From Phoronis australis (taxonomy: Eukaryota > Animalia > Phoronida), in the NCBI GenBank assembly GCA_002633005.1, contig NMRA01000101.1:434001-498000 (forward strand): a stretch of 64,000 nt of DNA, written 5' to 3'. Positions 13,031 through 25,200 of this stretch are shown in pieces. Position 1 is the first letter of the stretch. The number at the start of each line of letters is the position of its first letter. Under the pieces are notes generated by a model that had not been told where the DNA came from, made no database searches, and saw only the letters and a list, made by a program, of their open reading frames with translations. The translations under genes and the position numbers were made by a program.

Positions 13031-14696
13031 ATCATGGCCATTCTTTGAAGGAATTTTTTTTTGGAAAAGTGCGGTCCCGAGATCCCTGGTATGAGAGCGT
13101 TTGTGGCCGTTTTAAAATCCCTTGATGAAACACAGCTGGTAGTCCACTTTCTTGTGGCTGATGGAACTGATATAGAGTGTGTCCCAAAAATGTACAAATT
13201 TTAACACCTGTAGTTCAAATTCACCTCCTGTGGATCACTGAGATTCTGCGCAGACCCACTGCATAGCCACACCTTATTTTTTATCGCGGTGCGCCAGTCA
13301 TGACGTGCTCCGTGTGTGTAGTATGTACAGGAATGGAAAACAAATGATTCAGTATTGAAGAAAATTCATTGCGCAATAATATTGGAAACTAACAACATCA
13401 AGGAAGTGCAAAGAGAACCTTTCCCAGTTGATGAGAGATAATTTTAATTTTATTTATTTAAGTACTTAAACTTATTCGATCTACGGTTTGAGAAATTAAA
13501 CCTACTAATCTATTTCCTAAGTCAATAACCGGTTTATTGTCATTTGAATTGTGAGAAAATTTTAGGACACTTTGTAGAGCTGTCCGACATTCATCAATAT
13601 CTTTGAGACTTCTTTCAGATAGAAAAATCAAATCGTTTAGTGTACTTTTATATTTGGGGATCTGATGATAGATCGAATTTTCCCAATGTCTGCTTACAAC
13701 TAAGTTCGTTGAAGCATTGTCATTTCTTAAAAGATTAGCTTCTAATTGTAAAAAAATCATCAGCCATCACTAGCCCATTTTCATACTGGATACATAAACA
13801 TGTAATTCAGAAATCAACAATCGATTCCATGAGCAATACGTTTACCTTGATTTAATGACTTAATTCCATTTTGATCCCCTGTTAGTGAGTTTAAACGACA
13901 AATCTTGTACCGAAGTCAAAAAGCAATGCATTTATTGTCATTTGAATTGTGAGTAAATTTTTGGGAATTGGCCAAATTTCATCAATGTGTTTGAGAGTTA
14001 TTTTAGACAGGCAAGAAGCGTCCAAATGTTCTTTACTTCTTGGGGATCTGATTATAGATTTTTTCCATATTCAGGCTTCAACTAATTTCACTGAAACATC
14101 ATCATTTCTTAAAATGTTAGCTTCAAATTGCCAACAAACATCTATTAACCTGTCGATTTCGTAGATACATAAACATGAAATCAGAAACCAACGAATTTGT
14201 TCATCAAAACGGAATGTTTCCGCAGGCATGATCGCAGATATTTTACGGGTAACCCTGGGAACATGGGAGATGGGGCATTCATATTAAGGTGTATTTTTGC
14301 TCATTTCCGAGGTACCTATTACGGTTCACGAGTTTAACTTGAACTCCACAAAAAACCGCTAAATGTGAAATATTTGTTTATAATTTTGAATATTTTGAGT
14401 ACCCCCCGTTCGACATGTACACGGTCATCACAAATCGTAGCCCCCAGTCCTTTCGACATTTTTGAATTCATTACAAACAGTCCCTAGTAACGACTTTCAA
14501 AAGAAATACTATTCTTGTGATACTATGGGAAAAATATAACATTATTTATACATGTAACCAACCATCGGAAGTAGCCTTTTGTGTAATTCACTAATAGTGA
14601 ACTTCAAGTTCTTCAAAATTCCAACTTTTTGATGGTGGTCAATCCTATTGTATTTTTCACACTTTTGGTTGTTTGGGTCGAATGTTTTGATATTGC

Positions 14697-14766
14697 CGTG
14701 GTGTGCTGTGCTGTGCCGTGGTGTGCTGTGCTGTGCCGTGGTGTGCTGTGCTGTGCTGTGCTGTGC
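14697..14766. repeat. (GTGCT)n pentamer microsatellite
   Basis: Directly visible. Confidence 0.9.
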
Positions 14767-17519
14767 ACGGTTGTTTTGTGTTTTTGATGAATTTGGAATC
14801 TCAACTTCCCCTCGTGAATACTTGGCAGTGTCGGATTTACATGTCTAGAGGGATACCCGAACCACCCCACTGAGAGGGGGTCCCGTCTGAAATGGGACGC
14901 CTAAGATGAAAGGCTACACGCCTTTAACTTTGGTTAAGAGTGACAGTTCATTCCATTGTCGGGTGACCTTGCAAGAAGTGACTTTCTTCAGCATGAAAGT
15001 CGGTTGTACGATTTCACAAAAACAAGAAAATAGAGATAATCGGTTCCAACATTGAGCCCTCTCTTCGTGAGCGGCCCCTTAAGATTTGCCAATCAAAACA
15101 CAAAAAGGGTGGCCACTTGAATGTCATTAATGGTCCTCTTCAAGAGCAGGGCCCCTAAATATGAAAAGATCTATATTTTCAAAACTCAGGAAATGCGCAG
15201 CAATTCAGTGATGTTATCAGCCATGCCGTCAATTTTCTCAAGTGATACACAATTTGGAAAAAAACACACGAAAAAATAGAGCGACAGTTGTCTTTGTTGT
15301 CCTTTGCCAGAGAAGGGTCTCTGGAAATATAATTTTGTAAAATTTTTGCATTTGCAAAACCGTCTTATTAAATTTAAAAATCCAGTGATTTAATATGCTC
15401 CGCCGGCAAAAGCTTCGCTTTACGAATTTTCTCGATTTTTCGAATTACATGTATGAATGATAAAGTGCACGTTTTCAAGTGTGTTTAGACGACCTACATA
15501 TATGCAGCAAAAACAGAGACCCTAACAACAATGACCTGGTCAGGACCCTCAAAGGGTAAACCATGCACTGATACTGAGTTGTCAAATGTTCTCTTGAACT
15601 TTCTCTCTTATCCGTATTCGTAGTCTTTCTTTTCTCGACTGTCCCCGGCCCCAAGCCGACTCGGTTGTCATGGTTTAACCCTGACTCATGCAATTATTTT
15701 GGGTGCTCCCCTTGCTTCCTACGGCCCTGTTCTCAGTTAGTGGTTGGTCACTGCATGATGGTCTACCTTTCAGTAAGTGTACCTTGTATGGGCTGTGCGT
15801 GAACTTGGAATCCTGCTTAATCTCAAGATCGCGTATGCGTGAACTTGGAACTGAATATTCTTCGAGGCAAAAATGTGAAATTTTTGTTCGGAGAAAAGAA
15901 TTTGTGCAATTATTGGCCTCGCCATCAACCGTTTTCTCCTTTACCGTTACTTGTGTCGCTGAACCGGAGGAATATGTGAATGGCTAAATCGATTATTGTT
16001 TGATGAAACTGATCGCACGCAGTTGAAAAGGTTGGCTAAAATTGACATTATTTTATTCAAACGTAACTTGATTTAGTGCAGTGGAAATTTATATGAACAC
16101 GAACGTGATTATTTGGGTGAACTTGTCAAGTTGCCTCGCGTTTTCCAAGTTCACGTGTTTGACGTCTGCGTCTCTGTCTGCCAAACCATTCAAAGGACGA
16201 TTAGGAAAATTGACGGTTGTCTTCCTGATGCGAAGACCCTGGCTGATGTTGATTTTCAGATGTTTTTGATTTCTGGCGCCCTTTTGGGACAATTTTGATT
16301 TTTTGCATCTAGAGCTGTAGCTCCTTAACCCTTTTTAGGATCTTTGCGTATTTGGCAGATGGACTTTTATAGAGATGGCAACATATGATGATGAGTTACA
16401 GACAAATCAGACTATAGCTGTGCCCCCTAATATCATTTTTTTACGTTTGCCTCTGGGAGTTGGCTGGTATATTTACATGAAATTTGGCAAATAGTTGTGT
16501 TTTACTGAGATGACGCCACCGTCTCAATTCGGATGTGTTTAACACGTTATTCGCCATATAATGACCATCTTTATGACACTAAAAACACAACTGGAATTGC
16601 GTTGCAATTATGGGTGCATTTCAACATTCCACGTCTTGTATACAGAAAGCAAGCATCGAAAAAAATTACACCGTTTGAGCATTTATTGCAATGCCGCATT
16701 TGCCAAAGGTTATAATAAGTGTGTAGGGGGATAGATTGTTTTTAAAATGCAAACCATTCATTACACAACACACATCCATCGAGTCTGCTCAGAGTTGTCA
16801 TCAAAAAATTAGGATTGATCACTGCAGCAGAATATCTGTGCAAGTCGGGATGTTGCGATGCTGCATTTTAAAGGTACATGTGCAAAAAAGATTTCAAAAT
16901 AAGCTAGACAGACTTCAACACCAGTCTCCAAGACTTCCAAATTTAGATACATTTCTTACCAGAATAATTTGTCACTTTACGTAGTCGAACTTGTGTCAGA
17001 GTTGAATGTGATGTTGCGTCTAGTGTTTGTTTGTGAATACACTTAGGTAAAAAGTTGTTTTTGTTGAGATTTAGCTAGAATTGGATTGGATTCTATTCGA
17101 AAAGAAACACATTTTATTAGCCATGTCAAATTACGCCATTGTCTTGTTTAGTGTGGAAAATACTGTATGCTAGTCTTTGTACTTTTACACAATATGATTT
17201 ATGTTGTATTGTAATTAGGTGGTATGTTGGAGAAAAAAAATTTAGACCTATCCATGCAGATATTGTTAAAGCAACGTCGCATACGTATTTTTAAATATCT
17301 TTAAAAACTATTTACCATTTACGTCGTAACATCCATCTGGTCCACTGACTCCGGTCCACCTGCACTAACATGGAGAACACGTTTTCTGTGACCAAATGAG
17401 CTTCCCAAAAAGAATGGGCCCAATTCGGGATTTCACTGTTTGGCTATGAAAGTGTCTCATAAAGGGTATTCAAAATTTAAAAACATGAAAACGTGAAACC
17501 CAATACTGTGTTAAGTACT

Positions 17520-18770
17520 TGTTAAATTTGGAATTTTGTTCAAGACGATTGTTAATGTGTTAGAATAGTCTCAACAGCAGGAATTGGTTTATAGGTTGTT
17601 GTAATCTGCGAGAGAAAGCTTGCTTCACCACTAATTTTTGTAAAATGAACAGACAATTATTCCAAGTTTGCTTACTAAAGGGAACAGTATTTTGTTCCGA
17701 ATTAATTTAGCATAGAGCTTTGCACCAAGACAAGGGCAACGGATGGTATCCTAAGTCCCTCCCCTTAGACGACACCCTTTTTCGAAGAGTTCGAACAACC
17801 AGGTGTCATACAAAATGGCTAACCTTTTACAACACTGGCAAACAGTAAATAACAAGACCCGGTGATACAATGATAAAATGCGATGTAAACTCTATCAAGT
17901 CAATGCCACAATATGGAGCAGCAATGTGCGATAAGCAGTCGATGCCCTTTCAACCAGTGACATATCAAATGAGCCAATTGGAGATTGCTCTCAGGGTCAG
18001 TGTTTTTACAATGAATGTGAATCAGCTTTTGTTTGGCACGCAACTGGGGCAAATGTAAGTTTTATTTGTACGTTAGAACCGGTTTACTGCTGCATTATTT
18101 TTACTACTGTCATCTTTTAAACTTGGCATTGGGTAAAACTTAATCGCCGACAATTTAAAGGGACACAAAACATTGCTCATAATGTCTTGTAATCTGTCAG
18201 AGAATGCTTGCTTCACATGTATCTAAGGTTTGTAAAGCGAACACAGAATTATTCCAAGTTGAAGCCGAGTGGCGTGGCCTGCTAAACTTGGAATTCGCCA
18301 GAAATGAATTGATAACGTGTTCAATAATGTTTCACGATAAGAAAAAAATTGTGCTTACAACATGTTGTAACCAGTCAGAGAATGTTTGGTTCACCACGTG
18401 ACTTTTTGTAAAGCCATGATTCAATCATTCCAAGTTTAAGCAAGGGTGTGGCTTGCTTACTAACTTGGAATTGTGTAGAAGACAACTGCGAATACATTCA
18501 AAGGTGTTCCAAGAGTAATAGAAAATACATTCATAACATATGCAGCTGTAACCGGTCAGAGAATGTTTGGTTCACCACACATTTTTTTGTAAACTAGAAG
18601 AAATTGAATTATTCCAAGTTATAAGCAAGGGTGTGGCTTGCTTAAATTGCCGGAATTAGACAGAGAACAAGTACAAATGCATTCAAGGGTGTTCCAGAAG
18701 TAATAGAAAATGCATTCACAATGTATTGCAACTAGATGGAGAATGTGTGGTATCCAAGTGATTTTTTGTA
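17520..18770 (+). repeat. Old degenerate ~180-bp tandem repeat upstream of PRODH
   Basis: Recurring tgtaatc/ccngtcagagaatg(c/t)ttg...ttttgtaaa...attccaagtt...gtggcttgctta...ggaatt at ~17600, 18190, 18367, 18548, 18730. Confidence 0.65.
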
Positions 18771-18933
18771 AAGTTCACGTACAGCAGCCGCCTCCACAGT
18801 TTCACCAAGGAGTGTAGTAGTACACTCCTTGGTTTCGCCCTGAGTGTACTAGTACACTCCTTGTTTAACGCTACATGAGTGTCACCTATTGGTGAATTTT
18901 TTAACTCCATATACACGAATTCTAATTTACGTA

Positions 18934-19251
18934 ATGGCGCGGTTTGTTTCGCAGCATGGAAAATCTTGGTTCAGGTTGTTGAACCATGACAGATGTTTAT
19001 TACGTGATGTCATACATGGGCCAAGAAATGCCTCTTTGTGGCTGACAAGATGTAAATCATCCTACGCCGCTGACGATCATGCCTTACAAACCGTAAGAGA
19101 TGAAGATTTCGAAGCACCATTCAAAAAGGTTAACCTGGCATTCGATAATGGCAAAGAAGCCTACCGAAGTAAAAGTACTTGGGAACTACTACGAGGCCTA
19201 CTCGTCTTTAAGTTATGCTCGGTCGACACCCTGGTCGTTAATAGTAACAAA
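18934..19251 (+). CDS. PRODH: PRODH exon 1 (mitochondrial presequence-like N-terminus)
   Basis: ATG to ...NSNK|gtgagt; R/S/L-rich N-terminus, then [17 protein letters not shown]. Confidence 0.92.
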
Positions 19252-22200
19252 GTGAGTGAATTCTTCCATTTTGCATGTAGGCCTATATATTAGAAGTTGA
19301 CAGCAATCAAACACATGCTGTAGAATTTGTAGTAAACACGAGTTCGCAAGCAGTCACTTTGTTCTAACGGAAACACTGTTTTGGGATATTTGGAGACTAG
19401 TGTGTTCTTGTTAGCTTGTAATTATCGTCAACATGTCAGTGCCGTGTTCAGTGTTTTCAATCTTCTCAAACAATAGCCCACTGCGCATTAAAGTCAAGAC
19501 TATTGTTTACACTACTGGTCTTGACAGGAAGTTTAGGCCTACTATTAAACACACAAATGACCTTTTGGGTCAGTGTTGTATTTGCAGGGTGACACAGGAC
19601 TTGTGCCAAATTGTATAGGTAAAACAAAATGTTAATTCAATGAACTTGGTGTTTTTTGTTGCTGTTTGTAACGAAATGCTTAGCTTTTGAAAAATTCAAG
19701 ATGCAAAAATATTCATATATAAAATTCCTAAGGTGCTCGGGAGTATAAGTAAGAAGAGCCCTAAAGGAATACATGTCAAGTTGTTGTGATGGAATCGATG
19801 CATTATTTCTGGTCTGACCCTCCATGCTATGTTTTGTATTGAAAAAGCCAATGCTGGGTATTTTAAGTGGTAGCAACATGTCACCTATTTCACTGAGCAT
19901 TTTTGTCTGCACACATTCACTGACTGTAGTCACTCTTGTTGTGTTTTTCAGTATCTTGGGTGGCTTCTATGAAATGAGTTCATAATGATAGATTACATCA
20001 TCTTATCTTACATATTTTTGTCAAAACAAGAACTATGATCTTGCAATCTTTTTAAGAATAAGACTACCGGCAATTTTTTCCGGCTGCTGAGCTTTCGAAT
20101 AGATTAAATCAACATTTAGAGATGAAAGAGGAAATTGTTGGAGACCATGGGAAAACAAAATGCAGCTGGGAGCGGAATAAATATCTGCCGGAATATTCTC
20201 TGAAATTCTAAAAAATGCCACCATTGATCAAGTAATTCATAATCGTACCTGCGTGAACCGTGATGGAACATTATTTAAATGCCTATCTTTAAAATTGAAA
20301 AGGAGGAATGAAGAAAAGCTCGATGAAAAGCTTATCATGCTAATGACTAGATAAAGACCATTATACCACAATATTATGTAATAATCTATATGTATCTGAT
20401 AATTTTATTAGCTCCACATATTCTTAAATCATAATCCTAAAGGTTATGTAATGTCCTGTTTTCACACTGGAAGACAGCACGGTGTTTTGAATCAAAATAT
20501 GAATGCCATAAGTAGATGCTGTTAACCAAGACATCATGCTTCTGAACAAATTGTCTGCTTCACACTTTATTATAAGAAGATAATGGAGTCCTGTTGCTAG
20601 TACTTTTAAAACGTCACCTTTAGTACGTATTTACACGGGCATGCGTCAGAACCATCAACAACATGGCCCAGAGAATAAGCCTGCCTAGTGTTTGAGCTGA
20701 GGGCGAATTCTAATTTGAAAACAAATGATTACATGCGTTTTTATTACAATGATGATTAGTAACGTTTTAAGCTTTATTTCACATTTTGTATTTTGGTAGT
20801 CACATTTACCTAGTAGTTTTGAATTAGTATTCTTCTAAACACATCAAAACGGTTTTCTTGATAACCAACAGGTGTCAAATACAAAGTGGTTAATACTCTC
20901 ATTCCCATCTATATTGCTTACCAACTTTGAAGGGAAGTGAGGATTTTAGGAGGTCGTTTTATGTCGTTAGTCAAATGTATTGAAAAGTTAAAATCCTAGA
21001 GTACATTCCCATCATAAGTTTACCTTGGATGATTTCGTCCAAATGGTCAGTTGGTGCATTTTGATTAAAAAACATTGAATCAGTAGCAAAAGACCAATAT
21101 AGTTTTAATACTTCAAAATTTTGAATTTTTCTGAATTGATGTTTCAGTGACAACCAACAATTTAATAGTAGAAATTCAGGGCGTACGTCCATCACGTATG
21201 TCATCACACTCACTCAACTTGCATCGAGTGGTCTGACAAAAAATTGTTAGAAGATATCAACAAAGAAATTAATATGCTGTTCTTTGCAAACATTCCACTA
21301 AATCGTCATATAAAACAAAAAATTGTTACTAAATGCAACTCACAGAATATTAATGTTAATTTTTTCAAAAATTCAAATTCTCTGCATACGTCCGTCACGC
21401 CCCTTTAAAGACAATTTTCTCTGTCAGGTAAAAAGATATGAGAAAGTTTGATACATGCTTTGAAAGCTATTGACGAGACCTAACAATTGATGTCTTAATT
21501 ATTTTCCTAGGATGAATATTTTTTCACAATTGATCAAAATGTTCTCTGATTGTAATTCTTGAATTTGGAATGGACAACCTTGTGTTACTTAGTGCATTTT
21601 TGAAATTTTGTACAAGTTCCAACCTTGGGCAAAATAATTTATTTTTCATTGTCCCATTTACTGAAGACTATTTACCGTACTGTGTTCTATCACGGTTTTT
21701 GACTTGTATCAAACTTCACATCATTTCAGTTAATGAAACTAAGTCGACGGTTGCTGGGAAGGAGACTGTTCAGCAAAGTTATGCAGGGGACATTCTATGG
21801 TCACTTTGTCGCTGGAGCTGACCATGAGGACATCAAACCTACTATACATAGAAACCTGACCTATGGAGTTAAGTCTATACTTGACTATAGTGCTGAGAGT
21901 GATCTGACTGAAGAACAAGCCACCCGAGCTGAAATGAGGTATGTGTGACTATACAGGTGATTCAAACATTTTTGACTTGCAGTCTCCATGTAGCTAAGGA
22001 GCACAATCATTCTAGACAACTAGAAGCTAAATACGACAGCATTATTAATAAGTAGCTTAGGACTCGTGACTACTGTACTGACAGGCCCAGCTGTCTTGTT
22101 TGTTTCATTTCCTTCTCTTGTCAACCAGGTTTGGCATCCTCAGTTCCAATTTGGCTACCTGGGAATTTCGCCAGGTCTCATTTGATGAGTTGATGTTATG

Positions 22201-25200
22201 CTAAGCGTCCAACCCTGGGCATTATTCTGGAGGAATATGGAAATTCAATTTAATTAAAACTGTTGAAATTTAGTAACTAGACATTTAATTGATGCTTCTC
22301 TACCTACAAAGCCCCATATCTTAATCAAATGGAGAACCGCACCATCTTTTGGAAGAATGAGTGTTGTAGTACTGCACTTCCTAGTGGAAATTTATTTTTT
22401 TTTACATTGTCAGCTCTCAGGGGGGACTTATTTTGCTCATGGACCTCATTTGTTAATAGCTTTTTGTCTTGAACACAGTTTCTGTCCCGAGTTGGAGTTC
22501 TCTCCCCATGTACACCTATTCTGTTCATACTACACATTTCTTCATAAACTACATTCTTTTTCACCTGTGACGTAGGTAAGAAATACGGCGTGTTTTACAC
22601 CAGGTAACAAGTTGTTGGTGAAGTGCGTCAAATCTCTAATGGGAACATTTGATGACGTTTATGAGAAAAGGATTTTGTTAGCAACAATAGAATTGCGGCT
22701 CATGAGAAAACAAAATCAGCTTGTAGTCATTAGGTTCTGGAGGTGCTTTAAAAATAGATTCATGAATACTGTACTTTAACCTTGGAATTTTAATTTGGTT
22801 TAAAAAAATAATTGCAGGTGGTCTGGTACACGTACCAGACGTGCGCAGGCCGTGCATTTGGGCCCATTGCACTGTTCACCTGGAAATATTTTTGTGCTTT
22901 ATTAATATATAGTTAAAACTGAGCTGAGGAGCTAGAAATCTGACTCAAGGGTCTAGCATTGTGGCCCAGTACGACTCGAACCCACGACCTCGAGTAAAGA
23001 AGGCGGGCACCATCACACTAGGCCACACTGCCTCCTCTTAATTTGGTTTTCCTCATCATTTATAGGGGGTTCTTTTCAAATGTAAAAAGTTTCAACGTTT
23101 TAAATTGTACATTTGATGTTGATTTTGATGAAAATGACAAAATGTTTGAAATTTAGAGTTCATGTGCATTGTGACATCAAAGTGATTGTTTATGGTTCAA
23201 CTAACCAACAGGGCCTCAACTCTTTGGACCAGTTTGGGGTTCCTGTGGGCTGTGTTAGTATTTCATGTCTTTTTCAATTCCATTTTCCATTTAATTTTTT
23301 GGGTTGACATTTCAATGTGTTACTGCTAATTTCGCCTGCTACTGCTGTATGTTGTGTGGCAACTGGTCTTAAGAGCCTATCTCAATTTAAACAAACTCAC
23401 GATTATCCATGGTTCATATAATTCACACATTGCACTGGGCTCAGTGCTTAGCATAACCTCTACTTGCCAAATGTGACCAGACAAAAGTACCAGGTCTCCA
23501 TATAGGAAATGAACTCACCAAAACTAGGAAACCCCATTTATGATCGACATATGTCCCGAATAATAGATAAATGATACGCGCCTCGCAAGCTCGTTACCAG
23601 AGATGAAAAGGAGACTGAGGTAGGCGACATAAGGTCATTTATTATGACTAATACAATTACAATATAATGAATACAGGTAAATAGCATAAAAATGGTAATC
23701 TCTGGTAAAATGGGCAATAAAAAAGAGCCACAAGAGATGTTGTAAGACAGCTCATGCCCATCCCCATATTTGGCAATGTGAACACTCTGGCCTTCACACA
23801 TGACGCATGATTACCAATATTGGAAAATGAAATGAACATCTGAATTGAAAAAGCACAACATCTGGAGCTATGCCAAAGTGTAGTGGACAAATGTCTGCTG
23901 CATCACTCAAAACATCCAGTCGTTTACTTCCTATTGTAGTTAAAGCACATGCTTGGATATGTGCGGAGGGCGACTGGGTGACTGCTAAAGATTTTCCATG
24001 TGTCCGTTTAATGGTGTATCCTTAGACAAGTGGGTACTTTTCTTTTCATGCACCTTTTGTCATTTCAGATCATGCACTTCAGCTGTGGAGGATAGCAAAG
24101 GTAGATCTGTTGTATTGGCATTAATTTAATTGTCTGTTATTAAATCATATTGTCAAAAGGTTGAAAAAACTTTTCAAATGTTACTTTCAGTTAATTTTAG
24201 TTTCGCATACTAACATAAAATTGTTGCCTAGTCTGGTCACAGCTTGAAAGCGTTTTATGACCTCTCTCAGTAGTGGTTGTGGCTGGCATGGAATAATATT
24301 GATACCTGGGGGTAGCTGGGTATTTGCTATTCATGAAATCCTTTACCAGACAGTTTCCTCCACCTACTTATGTGTCATTAGTCTATTCAGGACTGTCATG
24401 ACTGATAAGTTGTTGGAAGCAGATCTCTTTGTTACTAAACAAACTCTTCTCTGATGATGAGAAATGATGCTATTTATTCATGCTTGCCATAAGGAACACA
24501 TATGAGATTCTTCTTTGTCATGCTTTTTGGCCCACGTTTGGCCTTTGCAGCCAACATCTACTGAGATCAGTTAATTTGGCATCTGAGTTGGACACACTTG
24601 TTAATTAAATCCAGGTAATCCAAAATAGAGCTGCCAGAGCTATCCTGGGTACTAGAACTAGGGACACCAAGGTTGATGACTTATTCTCCATGCTTGGATT
24701 TATGAAAGTAAAACAAATAAATATCTCTCTGCCTGTTGCATGTACAGGTGTGTCATTGGCTTGACTCCAACAAATCTCGGCCTGAAATTCAGTAGCTGTC
24801 AAGTTATATATTCTTCCGTTGCTGGTAATGTTTCTATTAACAAATAAAACTGAGACCGGCAAGAGGTCTTTTATTCATCCTGCTGCTACAATATGGAATT
24901 CTCTTAGCCCAGAAATTAAACGGTTCGATTCAATTAATACTTTCAAACGTAGTATTAAAAAGTGGTTGTAATTTACCTAATCATTCTTACACCTTACCTG
25001 TCTTAACTATGTCATTTTTCATTGTTATAAATACTCTTACTATTTAGTATCATCCCTTTACTTATTTTATCTCTCTTAGTCAAATTTTCATCATCCTTCG
25101 TCATGTATTTATTAATCTCAACATGTATTTAATTATTGTTTTACTACTTTATTGTATTGTATTACTGTTTTATATTTTGTTGTTGAGGACCCTCTTGGAA

